NCBI GenBank assembly: GCA_016713885.1
Contig: JADJOF010000013.1
Span: 2,223-66,222 of the forward strand
Direction of reading: 5' to 3'
Source: Bdellovibrionales bacterium
Lineage (GTDB): Bacteria > Bdellovibrionota > Bdellovibrionia > Bdellovibrionales > JAMPXM01
DNA: 64,000 nucleotides
A program made the position numbers and the translations under genes. The notes beneath the pieces were generated by a model. It saw only the letters and a list, made by a program, of their open reading frames with translations, was not told the origin of the DNA and did not search any database. Of this stretch, positions 20,120-30,025 are shown piece after piece. The first letter of the stretch is position 1; each line of letters opens with the position of its first letter.

Positions 20120-20610
20120 CTAAATTTTGCGATAGAGCTTTTTAACCTGCTCGACATTTAATGGGATTTTGAAACTAAGATCTAAAAAAAAATCAGTCTG
20201 CCACTTTTGGGTCTTTTCCGCTTGTTTATTATTGGTTTGATCCCAAGGTGGATAAACACGAAATCCTCGCTTTCCTTCTTTTGTTGGCGTCGAAAAAACT
20301 CCATGTTTAGTAAGGACTGACTTTGGAAATACAAACTGTCCAAAATTTTGATTGTCTCGAACACTAATAACAACCAAATCTATGGGATCAAAAATATCAT
20401 GAGGTTGAGTAATGCCTTCTTCATTCCGCTTCCACAGTGTAACAAATTGGCCTATTTTTGTAGGGGTAATTTTGGCTGTGCGAAATTTGACCGAAAGAGT
20501 ATTGAGCCTATAGGTATAAGCATTATAATCGGGACTTTCGGCTTCTTTTTTCAAAGAAGAAAGACTGTACCCACACTTGCAATAAACATTTTCCAAAATA
20601 TAATTTAAAT
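20120..20610 (-). pseudogene. mepB: MepB family protein, interrupted after codon 6 by the IS4-family element
   Basis: FRTAKITPTKIGQFVTLWKR..RGFRVYPPWD pattern. AT-rich relative to its flanks. Its first codons (ATG AAT AGC G) lie at 21891-21882 on the other side of the IS. Confidence 0.75.
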
Positions 20611-21872
20611 CACTGCTGACCGGTTTATTTCTTAAGAAATCATAACGCGAGATCCTCGCCGGCAGCGGCGCTCCAGCGGCAGCCGTCCGGAGGCCCGCAT
20701 CCCTGAAGGACTTTTCGCGCGAACGCGGTTCGCATCTCGCGCAGAAGTTCCCACAAAGTTCCTTTAAACTTCGAAATGATCTTTTCAGCTGCAAAAGAAG
20801 TTGAACAAGAACTGCGATCGCAAGTTGAGTATGGATCGCGTTCGGAGTTTTTAGCGGCAGCCGACGAATATCGAGATGTCCTTTCATCCAACGGAACAAA
20901 AGTTCGACTGCCCACCGACGTTTGTAAATGTTCGCGATCATTTTAGCGCTGGCTTTCTGATCCGACGTCACAAAATGGAAGACTTTCTGAGTCAGCTTGT
21001 CGCGGTAAATAATGTGACGAAGTTTTATCGCCGAGAACTTTGCCGCGGGTGCGGTCGAAATATATTCTTCGTCGTACAGAACCCCGGATTTTTCTTTTGC
21101 CCGCGCAAAACCTTTCGTTCAAGATCTCGATTCGTCTTTGATGTCTTCAGCCGCGTCGTGAAGTCAGATCCATTGGCGACGATTTTCTGCCAAAAGCCAA
21201 AGTCGTTGTATGCACGATCAAAAACGTACATTTTCATAGGTAAAATGCGAAGTTGGAAGCTGACCGGGGAGTCGCCAGATCGGCACGGCGTAATCTTGAA
21301 ATCATCAATCCATTCGCCGTCGACATTCCAAACGACGTGAATTTTTGCCGCTGCTTTGTGACCGATGGTATACTTCTGTTTCCATCCCGGTTCGCCAAAA
21401 GACTTCCGTGGACTCGAACTTCGGAAGAGTCGATGGCCAGAATTTCACGAATTGCTTTTTTGAGTTTTCGACTTTCTGTTCGACCGCGAATCTCGAGGAG
21501 AATAAGATCGCAGAGTTCTTGAAAAAAACCGAAGTGCCGATCTCTCAGCGCGTCGCCGAAAGTTGAGTCAGGAATTTTCAGTGCGGCTTCGACTTCTCGA
21601 AACGATCCAAGTCGCATCACGAAACACGACAAAAGAGCTTGCGTCATTTCCCAGGTCGAAAAAGTTCTTACACCGCGATCGATTTTCCATTTTTGAACGA
21701 GTGGATCGAATTTTTTCGATCAATCAGTTGAAAGAGCGACCGCTCTTTGCAATCCTGCTTCACAGTTGCCGCCTTTCCTTGGCGTTGATCTTTCTTCGCA
21801 AAAAAATCAAACCAACCTTGCGGAAGGCTGGCAACTATTTGTTTTGTTTAATGAATCAGCCGGTCAGCAGTG
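20611..21872 (-). mobile_element. IS4-family insertion sequence (1262 bp)
   Basis: Perfect 13-bp terminal IR CACTGCTGACCGG, with imperfect extension, at both ends. Flanking 9-bp direct repeat AATTTAAAT lies at 20602-20610 and 21873-21881. Confidence 0.85.
20640..21763 (-). pseudogene. IS4-family DDE transposase with DUF4372-like N-terminus, at least four frameshifts
   Basis: Segments LFQLIDRKK/FDPLVQKWKIDRGVRTFSTW, AIDSSEVRV, MYVFDRAYNDFGFW and YKRRWAVELLFRWMKGHL lie in different frames. Switches fit A-runs. The probable native stop is at 20640-20642. The start (GTG 21763) is uncertain. Confidence 0.75.
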
Positions 21873-22113
21873 AATTTAAATCGCTATTCATTTAATAAAT
21901 CCCATCACGACTCTAAATCATTTTAGAAGCTTGGTCAGCAAACCAATGATTCTAGGGCCACTGTTGCTATCGCAGGCAGAGCTATATGGAGCGCTAGGCG
22001 ACGCCGAGTTGCATGTCATCGCGCATTCAATGCCGAGAACGGAAACAGAGAGCCGTTGGAGCTCTGCGCCCGTCGTCGAGCGCAGGGCTGATGCAAATAT
22101 GATGTAATAGTGG

Positions 22114-24750
22114 TTACGCCAGTGCGCGGCCGACAATTTCAGCCACGTTGCTTGAGAGGCCGGGCATCTTTGCGATCCGTTCAAGTTCGGATTTCATCAA
22201 GAGCTGGCGCTCCTTGTCGAAGGTCTTCCATTGGTTGAAGGCCGAGACGAGGCGAGAACCCACCTGTGGGTTGCGGGCGTCGATTTCAATCACTTGATCG
22301 GCAATAAAGCGATAGCCTGCGCCACTTTTATCGTGGAAGCCCACAGAGTTGAATTTCGCAAACGCGAGAAGAAGCGAATAGATCTTATTCGGATTGTTTC
22401 GGTCATAGACGGGATCGTCCATCAGCGCTTTGACTTCGCTTAGTGAATTTGGCGTTGCCGCGACGGCTCGAATGGTCAGCCATTTATTCATGACGAGTGG
22501 TTCATGCTTCCATTTGGCCTTGAACTCATCGATTGCAGTGAGGCGCGACGGATGCAGGCTTCTATTCAAAGCTTCGAGTGCGCCGAGCTCTGTCGTCATG
22601 TCTTTCGCTGTTCGGCGCTGGACGAGAGCCTTTTCGAGATCGCGAACATCGTCGCTGAGGCAGAGATACATCAGCGAAGTGTTGAGCAAAGAGCGCAGGC
22701 CCATGGCCTTCTGGCTGAGACCAGAAAGATCTTGCGTCGAGAGTGTTCCGTATATGCCTTCGAAATGTTGACGGTGATGTTTTGCAATTGCTTTGAGAAG
22801 AGACTCACGCGATCGGAAGACAAGCTCTGGATCGACGGTCGTTAAAAACTGTGCAACATAAGCTTCGGATGGCAGCTGCAGCATAAAGCTAACGAACGCC
22901 GGGTCTGCGAACGGATCTTTCAGCAGTGGCTCAAGAGCCGCAAGGAGCGACTCCTCAAGTTTGCCGGCCGATGGAGAATGAGCAATACGCGCAAGCAGCG
23001 TTTTGATCATCATGGTCTGCGTGGCTTCCCATCGTGCGACGGCGTCCGAGTCGTGAGCCATCAAAAATGCGAGCTCTTCAACCGATTGTTCAAAATCAAC
23101 GCGAACCGGAGCCGAGAAGCCGCGCAGGAGTGATAGCACCGGTTTTTCTTTAATGCCTGTGATCTCAAATTTCTGCGTGGAGTCTGTCAGTTCAAGAACA
23201 CGCGTCGGAATCAGGTCTCGTCCATCGCGACCCAGCAGGCCAATGGCGATGGGCATATGGTATGGCTTTTTGGTTTCTTGTCCTGGCGAAGGGCCGCACG
23301 ACTGCTCGAGCGTAATCGAGTATGTATCGTCCTTCCATGCGGTTTGAACTTTGAGCTTCGGTGTTCCCGCTTGATCATACCAGTTTTTAAACTGCGTGAG
23401 GTCGCGGCCACTGGCGATCTCCATTGCGCGGACAAAATCATCGGTCGTGACGGCTTGGCCATCAAAGAGCTCAAAGTACTTATCCATTCCTTTGCGGAAG
23501 GCCTCGCGTCCAATCAGCGTCTCGATCATGCGAATGACTTCAGAGCCTTTTTCATAGATTGTGAGCGTATAGAAGTTGTCGATGGCGAGATACGACCGTG
23601 GCCGTACAGCGTGCGCCATAGGGCCGGCGTCTTCTGCGAACTGATGTGTGCGCAGGCGAATGACATCCTCAATGCGCTTGACGGCACGCGAGCCCATGTC
23701 CGCCGAGAACTCTTGATCGCGGTAAACAGTCAGTCCCTCTTTGAGCGAGAGCTGGAACCAGTCGCGGCATGTGATGCGATTGCCTGTCCAATTGTGAAAG
23801 TACTCATGTCCGACAACGGCTTCAACATTGGCAAAATCTTTATCGGTCGCCGTGGCCGCGTCGGCGAGAATATAGTGAGCGTTGAAGATATTGAGGCCTT
23901 TGTTTTCCATTGCGCCCATATTGAAGTCGTCGGCGACGACGATCATGAATACGTCGAGATCATACTCCAGACCAAAGCGTTCCTCATCCCAGCGCATCGA
24001 ATTTTTCAAGGCCTGCATGGCGTATGCAAAGCGCGACTCGTGTCCTTTGCGTCCAAAGATCTCCAGCGCCACTCGACGTCCTGAATGAGTGATGAAGTGA
24101 TCTTTTAGGCAGCCAAGATCTCCTGCGACCAGTGCGAAGAGGTAAGCCGGTTTATTGAAGGGATCCTGCCAAGTGGCCTCGTGGCGGCCGTTTCCGAGAT
24201 CGCGCGACGCGATCTTGTTTCCGTTCGAAAGCAAGATCGGGTACTTCGCCTTGTCGGCCTCGAGCGTGACTGTGAACAGAGACATGACGTCGGGTCGATC
24301 GGCAAAATAGGTGATTTTGCGGAAGCTCTCCGCTTCGCACTGTGTGCAAAACATGCCGCTCGATTTATAGAGTCCTTCGCACGCGAGATTCTTTTGCGGC
24401 TCGTTTGTCACTTCAATCTCGACCTCAAAATTTGCGAGATCTCCCACGCCAATGCAGAGCATGTGGTGTGAATCGCCATCGGCAAAGAGGCCGTACTGCC
24501 GAAGTGCTGCCTGTTTTGGGTCTGAGCCTGTGCTCAGTTGGGTACAGCCCGCGCCGTTGAGCTTGACCGAGTGGAGAGTGAGCCCTTCGCCATGGAGTTG
24601 CAGCACTGAGCTTGTGGGAGATCCCTGTTTGCTATTGCGCTCCAGCTTCAGTTTCGAACGAACCCGCGCTTGATCCTCGTGGAGGTCGAAAAAGAGAATG
24701 GTTTCACGGATAAAAAACTCGGGTTCTTGATAGTCTTTAAGATGCACCAT
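22114..24750 (-). CDS. pepN: aminopeptidase N (M1 family)
   Basis: Intact 878 aa. Carries GAMEN and HEYFHNWTGNRITCRDWFQLSLKEGLT (HExxH plus E). Confidence 0.95.
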   Translation of the reverse strand: MVHLKDYQEPEFFIRETILFFDLHEDQARVRSKLKLERNSKQGSPTSSVLQLHGEGLTLHSVKLNGAGCTQLSTGSDPKQAALRQYGLFADGDSHHMLCIGVGDLANFEVEIEVTNEPQKNLACEGLYKSSGMFCTQCEAESFRKITYFADRPDVMSLFTVTLEADKAKYPILLSNGNKIASRDLGNGRHEATWQDPFNKPAYLFALVAGDLGCLKDHFITHSGRRVALEIFGRKGHESRFAYAMQALKNSMRWDEERFGLEYDLDVFMIVVADDFNMGAMENKGLNIFNAHYILADAATATDKDFANVEAVVGHEYFHNWTGNRITCRDWFQLSLKEGLTVYRDQEFSADMGSRAVKRIEDVIRLRTHQFAEDAGPMAHAVRPRSYLAIDNFYTLTIYEKGSEVIRMIETLIGREAFRKGMDKYFELFDGQAVTTDDFVRAMEIASGRDLTQFKNWYDQAGTPKLKVQTAWKDDTYSITLEQSCGPSPGQETKKPYHMPIAIGLLGRDGRDLIPTRVLELTDSTQKFEITGIKEKPVLSLLRGFSAPVRVDFEQSVEELAFLMAHDSDAVARWEATQTMMIKTLLARIAHSPSAGKLEESLLAALEPLLKDPFADPAFVSFMLQLPSEAYVAQFLTTVDPELVFRSRESLLKAIAKHHRQHFEGIYGTLSTQDLSGLSQKAMGLRSLLNTSLMYLCLSDDVRDLEKALVQRRTAKDMTTELGALEALNRSLHPSRLTAIDEFKAKWKHEPLVMNKWLTIRAVAATPNSLSEVKALMDDPVYDRNNPNKIYSLLLAFAKFNSVGFHDKSGAGYRFIADQVIEIDARNPQVGSRLVSAFNQWKTFDKERQLLMKSELERIAKMPGLSSNVAEIVGRALA

Positions 24751-24869
24751 GCTAGAGGGCGTATCGCGTTATCCCCAAATCGTGCAAACGGAATCTGACG
24801 ACGGGACGATGTTGCATCTTCTGATTGCTGGTGACCTAGGCAATTTGACGTGAGAGCGTCGGCATTCTT

Positions 24870-26135
24870 ATGGAAGACCGAGCCAAACGTATAGTCATTA
24901 TAGGCGGCGGCTTTGCGGGCCTCCAGGCGGCCAAGTCTCTCGCAGATCAAGTCGGTCTGCGCATCACCGTCATCGATCGACGTAATCATCACCTGTTTCA
25001 ACCACTTCTTTATCAAGTCGCGACAGCAGGCTTGAGCCCAGCCGAAATAGCGACGCCGATTCGCTCGGTCCTTGATCAGTATCAGAACGTGAATGTTGTT
25101 TTGGATGAGGTTCTCGATTTTGGTCCGGTTCAGCGAGAAGTGATCGGTCAGGCGGGGCGATATCCTTTTGATTTTCTCGTGGTCGCCGCCGGTGCGGGTC
25201 ATAGCTACTTTGGACGAGATGAGTGGGCCGGGCTTGCGCCGGGTCTGAAGACTCTCGAGCAGGCAACCGAGATCCGTCGGCGGATTCTATTGGCCTTTGA
25301 AAAAGCAGAGATGGAGTCCGATCCTGAGCGACAGAAAGCATTGTTGACGTTTGCTGTTGTCGGAGGCGGACCCACCGGCGTTGAGGTGGCGGGAGCGATT
25401 GCCGAGATCAGTCGTTACACGCTGGAAAAGGATTTTCGCCGAATCGACCCATCGCGAACGCGTGTTCTTTTGGTCGAGGCGGGGCCTCGTATTCTTGCAA
25501 GCTTTCACGAGTCGCTTTCGCGACGGGCAGCGCGAGATCTCGAGAAAATGGGCGTACAGATTTGGACATCGACAAGAGTGACGGATATTGGCGAAGACGG
25601 CGTGCGCCTGGGCGGCGAGTTTGTTCAGGCGCGGACTGTGATTTGGGCTGCTGGCGTCGAACCTTCTTTGCTTGGGAAAAAGTTAGTCGAGCGATTTGGC
25701 GGCGAGCTGGATCGGGTGGGACGACCGAAGGTGTTGCCTACTTTGGAGCTTGGCAGTGAGACGGGAATTTTTGTGATTGGTGACTTGGCCCATGTGGTTG
25801 GTCCGATGGGTCTTCCGCTTCCGGGTCTTGCGCCGGTTGCGATGCAGGCTGGACGGCATGTTGCACTTGCAATCGGGGCTCGCATCGGTGGGCAGTCGTT
25901 GCCAGTCTTCACATACATCGACAAAGGGCAGATGGCGACGATCGGTAGAAAGCGGGCTATTATGCAGTGGGGCGACATTCGGCTCGGCGGGTATGTCGCC
26001 TGGCTGATGTGGCTTCTGATCCACATCTACTATTTGATTGGATTTAAGAATCGAATTTTCGTTTTCTTTGAGTGGGCGTGGTCCTACATCACGCTCCGTC
26101 GAGGAGCGCGATTGATTCTTGATTCACACCGATGA
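24870..26135 (+). CDS. ndh: type II NADH dehydrogenase (NDH-2)
   Basis: IVIIGGGFAGLQAA and FAVVGGGPTGVEVAG dinucleotide-binding motifs. C-terminal membrane-anchoring helix. Confidence 0.9.
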   Translation: MEDRAKRIVIIGGGFAGLQAAKSLADQVGLRITVIDRRNHHLFQPLLYQVATAGLSPAEIATPIRSVLDQYQNVNVVLDEVLDFGPVQREVIGQAGRYPFDFLVVAAGAGHSYFGRDEWAGLAPGLKTLEQATEIRRRILLAFEKAEMESDPERQKALLTFAVVGGGPTGVEVAGAIAEISRYTLEKDFRRIDPSRTRVLLVEAGPRILASFHESLSRRAARDLEKMGVQIWTSTRVTDIGEDGVRLGGEFVQARTVIWAAGVEPSLLGKKLVERFGGELDRVGRPKVLPTLELGSETGIFVIGDLAHVVGPMGLPLPGLAPVAMQAGRHVALAIGARIGGQSLPVFTYIDKGQMATIGRKRAIMQWGDIRLGGYVAWLMWLLIHIYYLIGFKNRIFVFFEWAWSYITLRRGARLILDSHR

Positions 26136-26152
26136 ATTGAGAGTGAGTCTTT

Positions 26153-26482
26153 CTATTCCAATACGAGACGGCCGGTCATGAGCGGTCGAACAACGACGCC
26201 ATTCAGGTCGGTGCCAACATCGGCTTTGCAGTCGTGGCCATTCTGCAGACCGACTTCAACGCCCTCGCTGACGATCTCTGAGAGATCGAGAGGGCAAACA
26301 ATGCTCGACGCAAAAAAGCGAACTTGCGTTGGATCAATGAACACTCTGCACGAGGTCATCGACTTTTCGATGCGTGCGATCGGCGCGATCACTTGTGCTT
26401 CGGCTTGGCAGGCTTGAGCGCTTTGAGTGTTGACGGTTGTGATTAAAAGCAGGGCGGTAAGGGGCATTGCGATTTTGAACAT
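26153..26482 (-). CDS. small secreted hypothetical protein (109 aa, 4 Cys)
   Basis: Signal peptide MFKIAMPLTALLLITTVNTQSAQA. No known motif. Confidence 0.55.
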   Translation of the reverse strand: MFKIAMPLTALLLITTVNTQSAQACQAEAQVIAPIARIEKSMTSCRVFIDPTQVRFFASSIVCPLDLSEIVSEGVEVGLQNGHDCKADVGTDLNGVVVRPLMTGRLVLE

Positions 26483-26575
26483 GGGGGGACTCCTTGGTTA
26501 AAGCGCCCTCTTGTTGTTCAGATATTGAGAAATGAACAGTTAGGTTTCGGTGAGATGTAAGATTGACTATAGCGG

Positions 26576-27403
26576 CTAGGGATTGGCCGAAAGCGAAAGC
26601 GCCATGGCGTTGATTTTTTCCCAAATGGCGTGCGGGAGAATCTCGTTGCCCAAAAGGTATACCGGCTGTTCCGTCTTTGTCCCAGGGCGTTTGCTGTAAA
26701 CGGTGCTGGGCACTTGGCCTCGCGCATCGTGGTGCTCGATAAACTGTCGGCGAAGGGCGAGCGAGTTTGAGATCAAAATTCGGGAATGAGCGGTTTCATC
26801 GCGTTCGCGGCGCGAGGCACTGCGTTTTCCGCTTTGGATCAAGTTTGCGTATTCAAAGGGGCTTAGGACTTTGAGTGGATTGGACTTGATATCGTTTTCG
26901 ATCGTGAGGTCTTGCCACCCGACAAGACGCAAGTGCTTGTACTTGGCGCGTCCCGGCTCGCGGCAGGTGAGAATGAGGTCGACTTCGTCTTTCTCGAAGT
27001 GCTCTTCAAGTTCGCTCAGGTCGTAGACATTGAGTTCGACCACCGAGATTTTCGTCAGCTGGAATAGATTGTAGCAGACCTCAGCAGCAAGAGGGACCAG
27101 GCCCTCGAGGGTTCCTACATTCAAATGTTGCAACTGATCACCCGCTTGCAGTTCTTGCAGCTGCACCTGGAGTTTGCGCGAACTCCGGAAGTAAATATCG
27201 GCGACGCGATAGGCGACGGGGGTCCATCCTGATTTGCGGCGGGCAGAGCGATCGAGCAAAACCACGCCGAGCTCGTCTTCGAGCTTTGCGATCAGGCGCG
27301 AGAGCTGCGGTTGACTCAGGCCGATATGGTTGGCGGCGGCGGAGAGGTTTTTATGGTGGATGGCTTTGCCGAGTACCGACAGGGGCCAGTGCAGGTGATC
27401 CAT
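26576..27403 (-). CDS. LysR-family transcriptional regulator
   Basis: HTH segment LSAAANHIGLSQPQLSRLIAKLEDELGVVLLDR. Start taken at the internal ATG 27403; the ORF extends to 27493. Confidence 0.9.
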   Translation of the reverse strand: MDHLHWPLSVLGKAIHHKNLSAAANHIGLSQPQLSRLIAKLEDELGVVLLDRSARRKSGWTPVAYRVADIYFRSSRKLQVQLQELQAGDQLQHLNVGTLEGLVPLAAEVCYNLFQLTKISVVELNVYDLSELEEHFEKDEVDLILTCREPGRAKYKHLRLVGWQDLTIENDIKSNPLKVLSPFEYANLIQSGKRSASRRERDETAHSRILISNSLALRRQFIEHHDARGQVPSTVYSKRPGTKTEQPVYLLGNEILPHAIWEKINAMALSLSANP

Positions 27404-27576
27404 GGCGTAGCTATGTATCAGAAGAATAATGACTTTCCTATTATGTATTTTGGATTGGGGGCGGGATACCGGTAAGTTGGGCTGTTTTTTCACGCCCAGA
27501 GCGGCTTTCCTTCGAAAGGAAGACGGAATTGAAGAGTTCGACTGTGCCCACCCTCAGACCAACCCTCATACCAGCA

Positions 27577-28116
27577 ATGACGCGATTTATGACCATAGCC
27601 GCGGCACTCTGCTTTGTGGGTTCTGGTGCAGTTGCGGCCGACATGGTGGTGCCCAGCGGGCATGAACTTGTCGAGTGCGTGAGCGTTGATGGTGATACAG
27701 AACTCGATATTCTCTTTCAAATTGAAGAGGATCGCTATCGCAGCGTTTGGATGGTGGCTTCGGATCCAACGGTCGCTCCGGAGAATTCTGAAATTGCGCG
27801 GTTTGAAGCGGCCGAAGGGCTGCTCAGCAACAGTGACACGCTGGTTGTCGCACACGTGGATCTTCGAAATCCGAAAACGGGCCGTAAAGGTGAGCGCATT
27901 GGCGGTACCGTGTTGGGCGCGTTGAAACTTATCATGTTGGATCTCGATGTGGACTTGTTTGAGCTGAATGCAACGGCGGTGGCCAGTGGTGTGGCGTCAG
28001 CGGGCGCTCCGGTTGAGACTTTGGGTGTGCCGGCGAAGTTTTCGGCGCAGGCCACTTATTTTAAGCGAAATGGCGACCAGCACGTTCAGGATCTCGATTG
28101 CACGAGTCGGCGTTAA
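27577..28116 (+). CDS. secreted hypothetical protein
   Basis: Signal-like MTRFMTIAAALCFVGSGAVAA. Divergent from the LysR gene. The ORF track starts at 27529. Confidence 0.5.
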   Translation: MTRFMTIAAALCFVGSGAVAADMVVPSGHELVECVSVDGDTELDILFQIEEDRYRSVWMVASDPTVAPENSEIARFEAAEGLLSNSDTLVVAHVDLRNPKTGRKGERIGGTVLGALKLIMLDLDVDLFELNATAVASGVASAGAPVETLGVPAKFSAQATYFKRNGDQHVQDLDCTSRR

Positions 28117-28117
28117 C

Positions 28118-28804
28118 GTGAAGTCCACTTCGTATTCTGGCATTCAGGTCCTTGAACGGTTTCCAGCCGAGGCTCAGCGGGCGATCATCTTGTTGCATGG
28201 CTTTGGTGCTGATTGCACAGATCTGGCGTCTCTTTCAGAGGCCGTCGATTTGGATGAAGAGACCGCTTGGTTTTTTCCAAATGGTCCCCACGAGGTTCCC
28301 ATCGGGCCGCACATGATGGGGCGCGCGTGGTTTCCATTGCGATTGGCTGAGCTTCAAGAGCGCGGCGTTGATTTCACACAAGAGTTGCCAACAGGTATGG
28401 AGCAGGCTGTGGCCAACGTGACGAAAGTGGTTACGGCTATTTGTCGGGCGCATCGGCTGAGTTTTGAGAATGTGATTCTTGGCGGATTTAGCCAGGGGTC
28501 GATGATTGCGCTTGGGGTTGCGATTCAGCTTGCGGAGGCCGGAAATCGAATTGGCGGTCTCACGCTGTTTTCGAGCACGCTGGTGGCTGAGCGGGTTTTA
28601 GTTGAGAAGGCCAAAGTCCTGGCGGGTCTGCGCTTTTTGCAGAGTCATGGAACGTTGGATTCAGTGTTGCCGTTTGAACTGGCAGAGCGCCTCGAGAGAG
28701 TTCTTGTCGAGGCTGGACTGGATGGAATGTTGCTGCCGTTTCGCGGTGGACACGAAATTCCGATGCCGGTTTTGCGTGAATGGCAGTCTTGGCTCAAGGG
28801 CTAG
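28118..28804 (+). CDS. carboxylesterase/phospholipase family alpha/beta hydrolase
   Basis: AIILLHGFGAD and the nucleophile elbow GGFSQGSMIAL. GTG 28118 lies 1 nt after the upstream stop; the alternative start ATG 28070 would overlap the upstream gene. Confidence 0.8.
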   Translation: MKSTSYSGIQVLERFPAEAQRAIILLHGFGADCTDLASLSEAVDLDEETAWFFPNGPHEVPIGPHMMGRAWFPLRLAELQERGVDFTQELPTGMEQAVANVTKVVTAICRAHRLSFENVILGGFSQGSMIALGVAIQLAEAGNRIGGLTLFSSTLVAERVLVEKAKVLAGLRFLQSHGTLDSVLPFELAERLERVLVEAGLDGMLLPFRGGHEIPMPVLREWQSWLKG

Positions 28805-28853
28805 ACCTCGAGTGAGTTGTTAAAGCCCCCTCTTTTCCCTTCTAATTGAGGGA

Positions 28854-29639
28854 GTGAGAAAAAAGCGTTCGTCTCGAAGCCGTTGGTCGGTCCAACTGCC
28901 CTTTAAAAGTAGAAGAAAAAAACGCCGGAGCATGGTGCTTTCAGTGGCTGTCGCGACAGCCATGGTTCTCGCTGCGAATTGGTGTTGGCAGGTGTGGCGC
29001 AAGCCAACGGAAATCGTCGGACTCTTGGATGTGTGGAACTACAAAACGCCGCGTGAACTGTGGACTGCCTACGGTCCGGTCTTTAAAGAGAAATCGACGT
29101 CGATTATGACGCCAGAGCTTTTGGCGGCGCTGGCGCACGTTGAGACCGGCGGTAATCCGATTGCGCGGACCTACTGGAAGTGGTCATGGTCGGCCGACTG
29201 GGACCGTGTTTTTGCGCCGGCCAGTTCGGCTGCGGGAATGTTTCAGATCACTGATGGGACGTTGAAAGAGGCAGAGAACTTTTGCGTCAAGGACGGGCGT
29301 GTATTTCGTGATCGAGGACGGCGCGGAGATTGTGCGCATAAAGTCGCTGTTTCGCGGCTGTTTCCGACCGATGCGGTGGAGATGACGGCTGGGCGCTTAC
29401 ACTGGGAAGCTGAACGTATTGCTGGAGAGGTGTATTCGCGCAAACGAGCGCGAGCGCTTGATCTCAATGCCTATCGCAAAATCGCGGTCGTCACGCATCT
29501 CTGTGGTGCGGGGGCTGCGGAACGTTTTGCACGCGCACATCTTTCGTGGCGGCGACTCGGGCGCTGTGGGGATCACTCGCCACAGCGTTACTACGAGCGG
29601 GTCCGCCGTCTCAGTATGACCTTTAAAAGTTTCAACTAG
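28854..29639 (+). CDS. SLT-domain lytic transglycosylase-like protein
   Basis: LAHVETGGNPIA and SSAAGMFQITDGT motifs. N-terminal TM segment; the true start may be ATG 28932. Confidence 0.7.
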   Translation: MRKKRSSRSRWSVQLPFKSRRKKRRSMVLSVAVATAMVLAANWCWQVWRKPTEIVGLLDVWNYKTPRELWTAYGPVFKEKSTSIMTPELLAALAHVETGGNPIARTYWKWSWSADWDRVFAPASSAAGMFQITDGTLKEAENFCVKDGRVFRDRGRRGDCAHKVAVSRLFPTDAVEMTAGRLHWEAERIAGEVYSRKRARALDLNAYRKIAVVTHLCGAGAAERFARAHLSWRRLGRCGDHSPQRYYERVRRLSMTFKSFN

Positions 29640-29944
29640 GGGCAAACGTAGGCCGTACCGCGAACGGCGGTGCCGGTGCCGCTTGTGGTTTCAAGTTTCA
29701 CCACGTTTGCGCCTTTGCGAGCGGCATCGAGTTTCATGTCTTCGAGGACGCTCTCAAACGTTGCTGTCGTCGAGAGACTCCGTCCCTCGACGAGGCCGAT
29801 CTCTTTGCAGTCAGAGTCGACGTCTTCGCGAGTGACCTTGATGTTCTTGGACTCAGGTTTAATCGGCTGCGAGCCACAGCCGCTCAAAGTGAGGGCGAAA
29901 GCGGTGATAAGTGCACTGACGAGAGTTGCGGTGCTGCGATTCAC
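29636..29944 (-). CDS. DUF4156-like lipoprotein
   Basis: GGAGG SD before GTG 29944. Lipobox LTLSGC. C-terminus reads AARKGANVVKLE..GTAYVCP. The rest of the 389-aa ORF is antisense to the methyltransferase gene. Confidence 0.7.
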   Translation of the reverse strand: MNRSTATLVSALITAFALTLSGCGSQPIKPESKNIKVTREDVDSDCKEIGLVEGRSLSTTATFESVLEDMKLDAARKGANVVKLETTSGTGTAVRGTAYVCP

Positions 29945-30025
29945 AGAGATCCTCCGGTGTAAGCTTTGATCGTAAAGCGGAATGTCCGCTTGTGCCAACC
30001 CGAACGCCGAGCGAAACTGTTCCAG

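Noticed and set aside
20120-20971. The 283-aa ORF read as a genuine transposase-MepB fusion protein.
   Set aside because: The ORF crosses the IS terminal inverted repeat. It exists only because a frameshift removes the native transposase stop at 20640-20642.
21918-22184. 88-aa minus-strand ORF downstream of pepN.
   Set aside because: It overlaps the pepN 3' end out of frame, has no SD and has an odd composition. It is probably non-coding spacer between pepN and the mepB start.
27426-27444. ATAAT-N9-ATTAT dyad in the LysR/secreted-protein divergent region, as a LysR box.
   Set aside because: The spacing gives T-N9-A or T-N15-A rather than the canonical T-N11-A. A single occurrence has no comparative support, so I did not list it as a feature.
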